Shown: positions 47,882 to 57,364, counted from the first letter of the stretch. The stretch: 64,000 nucleotides of DNA from Alphaproteobacteria bacterium (GCA_046297835.1 JBKBHI010000001.1:391354-455353); one strand, 5' to 3'. Notes: generated from the letters alone by a model not told the origin. Numbers and translations: made by a program.

Positions 47882-48964
47882 ATCGGCAATCCGTCGATTG
47901 ATTTTCCATTTCGGTGGATACCATGGAGCAAGCAAAGAGCCAGCACTCGTATATTTCTGTTTAATTCGAGTGCGGCCGGCTATCCCTCCATATTCTGGAA
48001 AAGCGACGCGTGCATACTTAGAGATTTCGCAAAAAATATTCTGGCAGTCGATCAGCTTGAGGGCGCGTCCCCATAGCGATTTGAAATTAATTTCTAGATT
48101 AGAAAAATGATACTCTTGATTGTCCCGCATGTAGCGAATTACGTCGGCGGGATCGAGCTTTGCGTCGCTTTGAAAGCATTTTGAGATGCCGTCAAGAGCT
48201 CCGGGGCCGGCCATTACAAAGTCATCCTCGCTGAAATTTGTGAGGGTGCTGTAATTTAAATCAGTCGCGAATTGGTAAGCTAAAAATGGCCCAATCGAAG
48301 GTGCCGATAGGAGCAGTTTAAAAGCATCTGACATGCTTCGGCACTCGGACAGGCGAATTGAGAAACCATCTTTGATTAGCTGCTCAAGCATGCGCAGGTG
48401 GTTTTGATGCTTTAGCGGGTGGCCAAAAACATTCCCTGCGGATGGCATGATGTAAGCGGCGGAATATATCCGTTCACCCTTGGCCATATGCCGCGACAAA
48501 ACTTTATCGAAAAGATCGTAGTTAAAAGTTTCCCAAGTGAGCTTTCCGAATTCCGCTTCTAGAAGCTTCCAAGTTTCGATTTTGTTAAACAACTTGAAGA
48601 GGAGAATTCGAAAAAATAGATCGTTTCTCGAGTCCGGTAAATCGTCTCTGTAAATGACATCTCGAATAAGAAACTGGCTTACGCGATCGGATGCCCGATA
48701 CGTATTCGTAAACTTAAAGCTTTTTAGAATGGGGTCGTTGGTTAGTGCGGTGTTTGTCCGGTCTAAGCGACGGAAGAAAATATTCTGACGTTCTGCAGCA
48801 AACCGCCAATACGCATAAAACACGGGAGTAGTAAGAACTTTTTGTCCCGCAATCGTTATGGCTTCAGATGCGGGGCTGCTCACCTTGTTGCTGAAATCGA
48901 CATCGAGCTGAAGTGAATCAGCACTCGTTGATTTTTGCGAGGCATTGGTAGATTTGTATTTCAT
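47870..48964 (-). CDS. hypothetical 364-aa protein (candidate DNA-base-modification enzyme?)
   Basis: Convergent with the MazG-fusion gene and overlapping it by 12 bp. No confident family assignment. The idea of an aGPT-pyrophosphorylase / hypermodification-type protein is suggested only by neighbourhood. Confidence 0.45.
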   Translation of the reverse strand: MKYKSTNASQKSTSADSLQLDVDFSNKVSSPASEAITIAGQKVLTTPVFYAYWRFAAERQNIFFRRLDRTNTALTNDPILKSFKFTNTYRASDRVSQFLIRDVIYRDDLPDSRNDLFFRILLFKLFNKIETWKLLEAEFGKLTWETFNYDLFDKVLSRHMAKGERIYSAAYIMPSAGNVFGHPLKHQNHLRMLEQLIKDGFSIRLSECRSMSDAFKLLLSAPSIGPFLAYQFATDLNYSTLTNFSEDDFVMAGPGALDGISKCFQSDAKLDPADVIRYMRDNQEYHFSNLEINFKSLWGRALKLIDCQNIFCEISKYARVAFPEYGGIAGRTRIKQKYTSAGSLLAPWYPPKWKINRRIADSFS

Positions 48965-48981
48965 ATTTGCAGTGCAAAACG

Positions 48982-48995
48982 TTTTTTTGGGGGGG
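48982..48995. repeat. T7G7 homopolymer pair next to a near-palindrome TTTGCAGTGCAAA
   Basis: Read directly in the upstream region of the 364-aa gene, at the boundary with the umuC remnant. Confidence 0.8.
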
Positions 48996-49075
48996 TGAGG
49001 ATTTATAGCATTTTGTCCCGTTGGAGCGATTAATAAGTCGGGAGATATGCGTTTGAACAGGTAACTATTAGGGCC

Positions 49076-49590
49076 GTGACGCGCTCGTTCGGTCGGGCTG
49101 TGACTATGCTCGACGAAATGCGGGAGGCCGTTAGCTTCTATGCGACGCGCGCAGGGGAGAAGCTACGTCGCGCAAATCAGGCGGCCGGCTATCTCAGCAT
49201 GTTCATGCACACGAATCGGTTCAACGGCGATCCTAGCCGCAGCGCTTCGGCCGTCGTTCGCTTCCCTGAGCCGACCAACGACACCGGCGAGCTAGTGGCG
49301 GGCGCCCTACGCGTTGTTGAGTCGATTTGGCGCGACGGCTTCCGATCTCAAAAGCGGGCGTGATTACCACGGACCTTGTGCCGGCCGGCGAAGGGCAAGC
49401 TTCGCTGTTCATGGAGAAGCGCCGCGATCTGCGACTCATGATCGCTATAGATAAGCTCATTGCCAAGATGGGGCGAGGGACAGTCATTACCGCCGTAACC
49501 GGCATTCGGCGCGGGTGGTTCTTAAAGGCCGCGCATCATTCGCCCCCGTTCATACGGGCGGGCGCTCGTCGCGTCGAGACGAAAAGCGCG
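49076..49590 (+). pseudogene. umuC: 5'-truncated, frameshifted remnant of Y-family polymerase gene umuC
   Basis: Two frames carry the UmuC C-terminal ('little finger') region: ...MLDEMREAVSFYATRAGEKLR...PTNDTGELV... and ...AGVITTDLVPAGEGQASLFMEKRRDLRLMIAIDKLIAKMGRGTV... The catalytic N-terminal roughly two-thirds is absent. Frames switch near 49340. Confidence 0.6.
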
Positions 49591-49593
49591 GGA

Positions 49594-50901
49594 CTAAGCG
49601 AGCAGAGCTTCCTCGTCGCGCATATCGGTGAACTTACGGCCGGTCTCAGCGTGTACGGCATCCAGGCCCATCGCAATCAGCCTTTCGATGATGACGTCGC
49701 AATAGGCAGGGTCGAGCTCAATGCCGTAGCCGGCACGTCCGGTCTTTTCCGCGGCGACCAACGTCGTTCCGCTGCCGCAGAAAGGGTCGAGCACGATGCC
49801 GCCGCGGTTCGAGCAATCCAAGATAGCGTCAGCGACCAGAGAGACCGGCTTCACAGTCGGGTGCGAAGCGAGGTCCTTCATCCTGTCCTTGCCGAAGCTG
49901 TTGGCGCCCGCATAGGTCCAGACATTCGTCCGGTTGCGCCCGTGCTTGCCGAGCTCTACGTTATTGATGTGGGCGGCCGTGCCGTTCTTGAAGACGAACA
50001 CGCATTCGTGCTGCGAACGGTAGAGGGATCCCATCCCGCCGTTCGTCTTCACCCAGACGCACATGTTCTTCACTTCGCTATAAGCGCTTCCGGCGATCAC
50101 CATCTCGCCAAGGTGCCGCCAGTCGATGCAAATGTAGTGGATCGAACCATCCGTGCTGTGCTCAACCAGCAAGTTAAAGACGGTAGACAAGAAGCTCGTG
50201 AACTCAGGCGATGTCATTTCCCCGGACGCCATCGCAAACTCTCGGTGCTGAGTTTGGCCCAAGCCGGAAACGTGCCCCTGGATCGGGACGTTGTAAGGAG
50301 GGTCAGTGAAGACCAGGTCCGCCTTCGCGCCGGCCAGAAGCCGCTCGTAGCTTTCCGGCTTGGTGGCATCGCCGCAAAACAGCTTGTGCGGGCCGATGAG
50401 CCAAAGGTCACCCGGATTCGTGATCGCCGAGCTATCGAGCTTAACCGCGGGAATCTGCTCTCCGAGATTGTTCGAGGCATTCTGCTCGTTGATCAGAACA
50501 TCAATGTCGGCAGCATCGAAGCCCGTGACGGTCAAGTCGAGATCGGGGGCGATCTCTTCGAGTTCGATGAACTCCAAGGCCAACAGCTCACGGTCCCAAC
50601 CCGCTTGCTCAGCAAGGCGGTTATCCGCGATGACGTAAGCCCGGATTTCGGCCTCCGAGAGATCTTCGCGTCTGAGGATGGGGATCAGCGGCATGTTCAA
50701 GAGCTTGGCTGCTTCGACACGGCCGTGGCCGGCTATGATGACGTTCGTGCCGTCGACTAGGACGGGCACAGTGAAGCCGAAGCGCTTGATGCTATCGGCA
50801 ATCTGCTGAATCTGCTTCTTCGAGTGTGTTCGCGGGTTGCGCTTGCGGGGATGCAGATCTCCCGGGGAGCAATAGGAAATGCTCAGCAGCGACATTGTCA
50901 C
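49594..50901 (-). CDS. ParB-like nuclease domain fused to an N6/N4 DNA methyltransferase
   Basis: N-terminal ParB/Srx-like domain (RKRNPRTHS...IIAGHGRVEAA). Methyltransferase domain with DPPY (FTDPPYN) and SAM-binding FCGSGTT. Confidence 0.8.
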   Translation of the reverse strand: MTMSLLSISYCSPGDLHPRKRNPRTHSKKQIQQIADSIKRFGFTVPVLVDGTNVIIAGHGRVEAAKLLNMPLIPILRREDLSEAEIRAYVIADNRLAEQAGWDRELLALEFIELEEIAPDLDLTVTGFDAADIDVLINEQNASNNLGEQIPAVKLDSSAITNPGDLWLIGPHKLFCGDATKPESYERLLAGAKADLVFTDPPYNVPIQGHVSGLGQTQHREFAMASGEMTSPEFTSFLSTVFNLLVEHSTDGSIHYICIDWRHLGEMVIAGSAYSEVKNMCVWVKTNGGMGSLYRSQHECVFVFKNGTAAHINNVELGKHGRNRTNVWTYAGANSFGKDRMKDLASHPTVKPVSLVADAILDCSNRGGIVLDPFCGSGTTLVAAEKTGRAGYGIELDPAYCDVIIERLIAMGLDAVHAETGRKFTDMRDEEALLA

Positions 50902-51003
50902 CTCCAGTCTGAGTGAAACTCAGCGGAGGGTAGTGGGGTGCCTACCTATGATCTTTCCGAACAAACACGCGATTTAAAATGAAGGGTGAAAAGTCGGTGT
51001 TTC

Positions 51004-51477
51004 CTATGTTTGACGAGCTCGGGACACAAGGTTGAGCACATGCCTGACATCGCATTGCGGGAAGACTTTCATTCGCCTTACTAATTCAACGACCATAAAG
51101 GCTGCCTGCTCGTGAAACGCCCGATCACGGGCATCTCCTATTAGTAGGAAATCCCAACCGTCCAGGGTCGGATCTTCATTTTGTTTTTTTAGTAGATCGG
51201 AGAACGTAGCGTAAAACGCGTAGATGAAGCTGTTGCGTGTGGCTGCTTGGCTGTCCTTAGGCCTACCGCGGGGACGCTTAATCTTGCCAAGAGCAAGCTC
51301 CGATAAATAGGACATCAGGCCAGTAGGTAATGGCTCGCCTGCGTAAGCGTTAATAAGCTTGGCCAATTCCTCAGGCTCTATATATCGCTCACGAGGATTA
51401 CTGGAATTAAACCGTTGCTCAATCATCTGCCATTCGACGTCTCGGTAGACGTTTTTGGGCTTTTTCTCGTCGCTCAT
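51004..51477 (-). CDS. hypothetical protein co-transcribed with an XRE regulator
   Basis: 157 aa. Start overlaps the XRE gene stop by 4 bp. Confidence 0.4.
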   Translation of the reverse strand: MSDEKKPKNVYRDVEWQMIEQRFNSSNPRERYIEPEELAKLINAYAGEPLPTGLMSYLSELALGKIKRPRGRPKDSQAATRNSFIYAFYATFSDLLKKQNEDPTLDGWDFLLIGDARDRAFHEQAAFMVVELVRRMKVFPQCDVRHVLNLVSRARQT

Positions 51478-51710
51478 GATTTTGAGGGTTGGCGCTTTCG
51501 CACCGGCCGTACGAGATCCAGATAATTAACGCCTAAGGCCTGGGCAATCTCGTAAATGCTCACGATGGTCGGATTGGTCTTTCCGACCTCGATATTGCTT
51601 AAATACTGCTGGGTGAAACCGGACAATTCCGAGAGGCGTTCTTGGGTCATGCCCTTTTGGTGCCGTATCCGCGCCAAATTCAGGCCGACCAATTTGCGCA
51701 TGTCCGTCAT
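51474..51710 (-). CDS. XRE-family HTH transcriptional regulator
   Basis: HTH QERLSELSGFTQQYLSNIEVGKTNPTIVSIYEIAQAL. Confidence 0.7.
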   Translation of the reverse strand: MTDMRKLVGLNLARIRHQKGMTQERLSELSGFTQQYLSNIEVGKTNPTIVSIYEIAQALGVNYLDLVRPVRKRQPSKS

Positions 51711-51845
51711 GCGCGTAGATCAGCCCAATACACACTATAAGTTTATCAACTATAATATGTAAACAGACATATGTCTGATTCCTGACTGGCTTTCTAGGCC
51801 GGACCACGCGACTTGTGGCTCGTGAACCACAGGGGAATTACCTAA

Positions 51846-52373
51846 ATGTCTACCGCGATGACCGCTTCGCCGTCGGCCCATTCCAGCATGCTTGAAAAGG
51901 TCTTGGAGCATCTTCTGGTGGGTGAAATCCTCCGCTATCTCTGGCTGCGGGGGCATCGCGATATCGAGGTTCTACGAGGTGAGGTGGACAATGCGGGGTA
52001 CGACATCGCACTGGAGGTTGGTGGCATCCTTCGTCATGTGCAGCTCAAGGCTTGCTTTCGCGGTGCCACGACCAATGAGGTCGGAATCAATATCGCTCTA
52101 GCTCGTAAACCGTCGGGCTGCGTGATCTGGCTGCACTATGATCCGCAGTCTTTGGCTCTGACCCCATACCTCTGGTTCGGCGGTGCTCCAGGTGAGCCTC
52201 TGCCGAGCCTGGGAGAGCGGGTCGGTAGGCATTCGAAAGCCAACAGCGAAGGGGTGAAGGCGCCGCGTGCCAACGTGCGGCTCTTGAGCCGCAAGCGGTT
52301 CGAAAGCCTAGCCACCATCGATGAGTTGGTGGCTAGGCTGTTCGGCGCGATCAATCTTCCTTCTTTGCCTTAG
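51846..52373 (+). CDS. hypothetical protein, possible PD-(D/E)xK nuclease-like core
   Basis: GYDIALEVGGILRHVQLK resembles a D...E.K motif. Weak. Confidence 0.35.
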   Translation: MSTAMTASPSAHSSMLEKVLEHLLVGEILRYLWLRGHRDIEVLRGEVDNAGYDIALEVGGILRHVQLKACFRGATTNEVGINIALARKPSGCVIWLHYDPQSLALTPYLWFGGAPGEPLPSLGERVGRHSKANSEGVKAPRANVRLLSRKRFESLATIDELVARLFGAINLPSLP

Positions 52374-52908
52374 TCATCTGATGCCTCTTGAGGAAAGCGC
52401 GACCAAGTCGCTTTTCCTTCGCCCTTCTCTTGCGGATATAGGTCGCATTCTTCACGGCAATCTGCTGCGCAGCAGATTCTAGCGCCTTGATCGCAAACTG
52501 GATGCGGTCATTGATATCTTCTCGTTCGTCGTTCGACTTGGCCTGCTGCATGTCAGGGATCAAATTGAGCGAATTGGCGATCAGCGAAGAGATTACGGCG
52601 TGCTCCTTTTCGATCTCCTTTTTCAGGGCGAGCAACGCGCGCGTGTCGTTGCCGTTCATAGCCTGCTGATACAGCTTGTGATTGAGTGCCTCACCGCGAG
52701 TCATGAGCACGGTCTTGCCGGCGATCTTGATCTCGACAATGCCCTTACCGAAGACATGCGCATTTTCGTCATAGCCCACAGTGTCGTGCTGGCGCGGCCG
52801 ACCATCCTCGTTACCGCTGCTGCCCTTCAACCAGCGTCCGCGCTCATCGCGTTTTGGCTTTTTTCGAACGGGGGGAGGCGGCGGCTTGGGCATCATGTCT
52901 TCGAACAT
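52351..52908 (-). CDS. DUF5681-like phage-associated protein
   Basis: N-terminal RGRWLKGSSGNEDGRP resembles the G-SGNP-GRPKG motif of DUF5681 proteins found in prophages. Confidence 0.4.
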   Translation of the reverse strand: MFEDMMPKPPPPPVRKKPKRDERGRWLKGSSGNEDGRPRQHDTVGYDENAHVFGKGIVEIKIAGKTVLMTRGEALNHKLYQQAMNGNDTRALLALKKEIEKEHAVISSLIANSLNLIPDMQQAKSNDEREDINDRIQFAIKALESAAQQIAVKNATYIRKRRAKEKRLGRAFLKRHQMTKAKKED

Positions 52909-53393
52909 CTTCTTCCTCGTCTATGGTTGAGTTGAAGAAGACGTTTTGCTTGTTTATGGAGGGCGAAGCCTTCCGAACAAACTATCGATTTAAAATGAGG
53001 ACTAGGCTGGAAGAGGAAGGCTTGGTTTTCCGCGCGACGACCATTTCAGCGCGAGGATTGCTCTTGATCCGCGCCTGATATGCACGTGATACTCACGTGT
53101 TATGGTTTTGCATCAAACCCTATATAACCTATTGAAATGGCGACAATATCGGCGCTGTAAGATGAAGTGATCGCCCTAAAATGCTTCGCACCAGGAAATG
53201 GCGGTTCAATCTCGAATTTAAAGATGTCGAGTGCGGGAATGCTCAGCAGAGAATCCAACCCCGCAAGGCGCTAAATATGCCTCTGAACCTCTGGGATTAA
53301 ACCTCCGGAGAAGGTCGATACCCCGCTAAGCGTCGGAATTGTCGGCTCGTTTCGCGAGCCATCCGGAGAGATAAGTTTTTGAAAGAAGAGATT

Positions 53394-53467
53394 GGCTGGG
53401 GGACTAGGATTCGAACCTAGACTAGCGGAGTCAGAGTCCGCGGTCCTACCGTTAGACGATCCCCCAG
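53394..53467 (-). tRNA. tRNA-Gln (anticodon CUG)
   Basis: Manual fold of the reverse complement gives acceptor TGGGGGA/TCCCCCA, a D-arm, an anticodon stem GCGGA/TCCGC with loop CTCTGAC (anticodon CTG), a T-arm CTAGG-TTCGAAT-CCTAG, discriminator G and an encoded CCA. Length 74 nt. Confidence 0.85.
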
Positions 53468-53660
53468 CAGGGGCGGGGCCGAAGGCTCCCGACGGAAGGC
53501 CGGCGTTCTAGCACAGTTGTTCGGGCTTGGGTAGCCCGGAACGCGCCCCGTTCCGATGCCGTGAAACGCCGGAAAAGCCAGTCCGTTCCGCCACATAGCG
53601 GCGGCGGTTTCGCTTCCGTGCCCCCTTCGCGCCGGATCGGCCATGGGGTAGCATGGGGCC

Positions 53661-54794
53661 ATGTCGAAACGGCGGTCTCCCTCGCTCTCCCGTTCGGCCT
53701 TCGCAGGCGCTTCGGCGCGGGGCGCGGCGCCGGGGCGGGCATTGGACCGCGCTTCCGCCGCGCCGCTCTATGCCGCGCTCGATCTCGGCACCAACAATTG
53801 CCGCCTGCTCATCGCCCGCCCGGCCGCCGCCAAGGCCGCCGTGCCCGGCGCGCCGCCGTTCGTCGTGGTCGACGCCTTCTCGCGCATCGTGCGGCTCGGC
53901 GAAGGGGTGAGCCAGACCGGCCGCCTCTCCGACGCGGCGATGGACCGCGCCATTGAGGCGCTGAAAGTCTGCGCCGCCAAGCTGCGCCGCCGCCCGGTCG
54001 CCGCCGCGCGCATGGTCGCCACCGAAGCCTGCCGCCGCGCCGCCAATTGCGCCGAGTTCCTCGCCCGGGTGAAGGCCGAGACCGGCCTCGCCGTCGAAAC
54101 CATCACCACCGCCGAGGAGGCCGCCCTGGCGCTCGCCGGCTGCGCCCCCCTGCTCGACGGCGCGACGCCGGAGGCGCTGGTGTTCGACATCGGCGGCGGC
54201 AGCACCGAATTGATGTGGGCCAAGCTGGGCGCGCCGGGATCGGATCGGGAGCGCGGCGAGCCGCAGCTGCTCGATTTCCTCTCCTTGCCTTACGGCGTCA
54301 TGAACCTCGCCGAGCGCGAAGATTGCGACTGCCTCTCGCGCGAGCAGTTCGAGGGGCTGATCGCTCAGGTGCAGGAGAAGGCCGAAGCCTTCGAGGCGCG
54401 CCACGCCATCCGCGCCCGCATCGAAAGCGGCCACCTCCAGATGCTCGGCACCTCGGGCACCGTCACCACGCTCGCCGGCATCCGCATGGGCCTCGCCTGC
54501 TACGACCGCTCGCGGGTCGACGGCTGCCATCTCGATTTCGCCGAATTGCGCGCCGTCACCGACCGGCTGCTGGCGCTCGATTGCAAGGCCCGCGCGCAGG
54601 AGCCGTGCATCGGCCCGGCGCGCGCCGATCTGGTGCTGGCCGGCTGCGCCATTCTGGAGGCGATCTGCCGCACCTGGCCGGTGGGGCGCTTGCGCGTCGC
54701 CGACCGTGGCGTGCGCGAGGGGATTCTGCTAACCCTCATGCGCGCGGCGGTCCCGCGCGCGCCAGAGATTCCCGCGGCCATTCCAGCAGAATAG
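53661..54794 (+). CDS. Ppx/GppA-family exopolyphosphatase / pppGpp phosphohydrolase
   Basis: ASKHA-fold motifs ([35 protein letters not shown]). Confidence 0.85.
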   Translation: MSKRRSPSLSRSAFAGASARGAAPGRALDRASAAPLYAALDLGTNNCRLLIARPAAAKAAVPGAPPFVVVDAFSRIVRLGEGVSQTGRLSDAAMDRAIEALKVCAAKLRRRPVAAARMVATEACRRAANCAEFLARVKAETGLAVETITTAEEAALALAGCAPLLDGATPEALVFDIGGGSTELMWAKLGAPGSDRERGEPQLLDFLSLPYGVMNLAEREDCDCLSREQFEGLIAQVQEKAEAFEARHAIRARIESGHLQMLGTSGTVTTLAGIRMGLACYDRSRVDGCHLDFAELRAVTDRLLALDCKARAQEPCIGPARADLVLAGCAILEAICRTWPVGRLRVADRGVREGILLTLMRAAVPRAPEIPAAIPAE

Positions 54795-54796
54795 CG

Positions 54797-55489
54797 ATGA
54801 CCACCAACAGTTCCGGCTCGAAACGCGGCGCGGCCAAGGCCGGCGGCCTCAAGGTGCGCGTACGCACCGCCAAGGGCCGCAAGCTCTCGTCCAAGCTGTG
54901 GCTCGAACGCCAGCTTAACGATCCTTACGTGCAGGCGGCCAAGCGCGAGGGCTATCGCTCGCGGGCCGCCTACAAGCTCGCCGAGCTCGACGAGAAATAC
55001 AAATTGCTCAAGCCGGGCATGACGGTCGTCGATCTCGGCGCGGCGCCCGGCGGCTGGACCCAGGTGGCGGTGGCGAAGGTCGGGCCGAAGGGCAAGGTGA
55101 TCGGCATCGACCTGACGCCGGTCGAGCCGATCCCGGGCGCGACGCTGATCACGCAGGATTTTCTCGCCGACGAAGCGCCGGACCAGTTGAAAGAATTGCT
55201 CGGCGGTCCCGCAGATGTGGTGATGAGCGACATGGCCGCGCCGGCCACCGGCCATCCGCAAACCGACCATCTGCGCATCATCGGCCTGTGCGAAGCGGCG
55301 GCCGAGTTCGCCCGCGAGGTGCTGGCCCCCGGCGGCACTTTCCTCGCCAAAGTGCTGCGCGGCGGCACCGAAGGCACGCTGCTGACGCGGCTCAAGCGCG
55401 ACTTCACCGTGGTGAAGCACGCCAAGCCGCCGGCCAGCCGCGCCGATTCGGCGGAGATCTATGTGATCGCCACAGGCTTTCGCGGATAA
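54797..55489 (+). CDS. rlmE: 23S rRNA (uridine-2'-O)-methyltransferase RlmE (FtsJ)
   Basis: [35 protein letters not shown] and the K-D-K-E catalytic context. Confidence 0.9.
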   Translation: MTTNSSGSKRGAAKAGGLKVRVRTAKGRKLSSKLWLERQLNDPYVQAAKREGYRSRAAYKLAELDEKYKLLKPGMTVVDLGAAPGGWTQVAVAKVGPKGKVIGIDLTPVEPIPGATLITQDFLADEAPDQLKELLGGPADVVMSDMAAPATGHPQTDHLRIIGLCEAAAEFAREVLAPGGTFLAKVLRGGTEGTLLTRLKRDFTVVKHAKPPASRADSAEIYVIATGFRG

Positions 55490-55512
55490 GTATTCAGGGG
55501 CGAGCGCGAGGC

Positions 55513-55968
55513 TTAAAGCCTCACCACATCTTCCAGATGCCCCGGCAGATCGGCGAGCTGATGGCGCGTCAGATCTTTCGCCAGTTCGCCAGTCACTTTC
55601 GCGCGCGTCTGCGGATCGAGGCTGGCGCGCAGTTCGCCGAGCGTCTTGGGCGGCGCGACCAGCACCAGCGCGTCGAAATCGCCCTCGCGCGCCGCGACGT
55701 CGAGCAGGCCGGCCATGTCGCGGGCGAATTTCTGCTCTTCGAACTGATGCCAGTCGGTCGTCTCCACGGCGGAGCGGCCGCCGTCGCCGATGGAATTGTG
55801 GCTGCGGCCCGGCTTGTCGCTGCCGAGCTCGGCGGTTTTCGGCGTCGGCCGCGCGTGCGCTGTGCCGGGCACGGGGACGAGGCCGGTCTTGGGCCCGGCG
55901 TTGGCGAGGATGCGCGCCCGCGCTCCGTCGGCGACGAGCACCCAGGTGGTCTTTTTCGGCGTGAGCAT
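55513..55968 (-). CDS. host-attachment-protein (Hap) family protein
   Basis: WVLVADGARARIL start and overall length are typical of the Hap/DUF family. Confidence 0.55.
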   Translation of the reverse strand: MLTPKKTTWVLVADGARARILANAGPKTGLVPVPGTAHARPTPKTAELGSDKPGRSHNSIGDGGRSAVETTDWHQFEEQKFARDMAGLLDVAAREGDFDALVLVAPPKTLGELRASLDPQTRAKVTGELAKDLTRHQLADLPGHLEDVVRL

Positions 55969-56116
55969 GGCGGCATCCTCCTGCTGTCGATCAGTTGAGC
56001 TTAGCCGCGTCGCGGGCTGCGGCATTGACGTGGATCAGGGACGTGGATCAGGGCGTCTTTTGCAGGTAGGGGCGGGACGGCGGAACCGGAAGACGTTTTT
56101 TCCGGTTCCGCGCGCA

Positions 56117-57364
56117 TCACGCCGGGCGCGAATGGCGCGCCGAGATCAGCACCACGATCATGCACAGGATGGTGAAGAAGGCCGAGCCGTAGAAGATCCA
56201 GGCCGGCGCGCCGACGTCGATCATGAAGCCGAACAGCAGCGGCGCGAGCGCGCCGCCGATGGCCTGGCCGGAGAAGACGAAGCCGAACACCTTGCCCATG
56301 GAGCCCTTGGGGCTGGCGCGGCGCACCAGCAGGTCGCGCGCCGGGCCGATGATGCCGTTGGTCAGGCCGGCGAAGGCGAAGATCGCGATCAGCAGGAAGC
56401 CGGGCAGGCTCCACAGGCCGATGAAGGTCATCACCACGGCGGACAGGCCGAGGCCGATGGCGGCCATCAGCTCGGCGCGCTTGGTCACGTCGGCGAGCCA
56501 GCCGCCAAACAGCACGCCGGCCGCGTTGGTGGCGAGGAAGGTGGTGAAGGCGGCGTTGGCCAGCGTCGCCGCCGTGTCGTGCGTCTCGACCAGGCCGGCG
56601 ACGGCGAAGGTCTTGAGGCCGCCGCCGGCGAGCTGGTTCATCGCGTAATAGAGGAACAGGAACAGGATCGCCGGCGAGGTGGCGATGTAGCGCAGCAACT
56701 GCCCGGTGGTCTGCGGCGCATTCGGATCCTCGGCTTCCGCCTCGACCTTCTTCTTTTTCTTCGGCCCGGCCGCCGCCGCGGCGTCCTCGCCGATATAGCG
56801 CCATTGCGAGATCAGGCCGACGAGAATGACGAGGCCGACGATGCCGGCGACGAGCAGCGCCGTGCGCCAGCTCGACAGCGCGGTGATGGCGATCAGCACG
56901 ATCGGCGCGATGGCGCTGCCGACATGGCCGAAGAAGGCGTGCAGGCTGAAGGCGCGGCCCATGTAGCGCTCGTCCATGGTGCCGCCGAGGATCGTGTAGT
57001 CGGCCGGGTGGAACACCGAATTGCCGACGCCGAGCACGATGCCGGCGAACAGCAGCATCCAGATGCCGCCGGCGCCCGCCGTCATGATGGTGCCGATGGC
57101 GCACATGGCGAGGCCGACGATGAGCAGCGTCTTGGCGCCGAAGCGGTCGACCAGCGCGCCGGCCGGCACCTGCAGCCCGGCCGTCAGCATCCCGCGCAGG
57201 CTGAGCATCGCGCCCAGCATGGTGTAGCCGATGCCGAGGTCCGAATTGAGGAAGGGCAGCAGCGGCGGCAGGGTGTTGGAATAGAAATGGCTCATCATGT
57301 GGCCGGCCCCGACCAGGCCCATGATGCGGACCTGCGGCTGGATCGACAGGCTGACGCTCGACAC
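56117..57364 (-). CDS. MFS transporter
   Basis: 12 predicted transmembrane segments. Central Lys-rich loop. MFS-like GxxxDRxGxK region (LVDRFGAK). Confidence 0.8.
   Translation of the reverse strand: MSSVSLSIQPQVRIMGLVGAGHMMSHFYSNTLPPLLPFLNSDLGIGYTMLGAMLSLRGMLTAGLQVPAGALVDRFGAKTLLIVGLAMCAIGTIMTAGAGGIWMLLFAGIVLGVGNSVFHPADYTILGGTMDERYMGRAFSLHAFFGHVGSAIAPIVLIAITALSSWRTALLVAGIVGLVILVGLISQWRYIGEDAAAAAGPKKKKKVEAEAEDPNAPQTTGQLLRYIATSPAILFLFLYYAMNQLAGGGLKTFAVAGLVETHDTAATLANAAFTTFLATNAAGVLFGGWLADVTKRAELMAAIGLGLSAVVMTFIGLWSLPGFLLIAIFAFAGLTNGIIGPARDLLVRRASPKGSMGKVFGFVFSGQAIGGALAPLLFGFMIDVGAPAWIFYGSAFFTILCMIVVLISARHSRPA

Larger units (their letters stand above)
15843..53393. mobile_element. composite genomic island (metal-resistance module plus AT-rich module) abutting tRNA-Gln
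   Basis: Composition is visibly lower in GC from about 15.85 kb and drops further after about 43.5 kb. Cargo is accessory in character. Contains DUF2924 plus a large serine recombinase, a ParB-methyltransferase, a umuC remnant and XRE regulators. The right end lies at the 3' end of tRNA-Gln. No flanking direct repeat was found. Confidence 0.5.
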
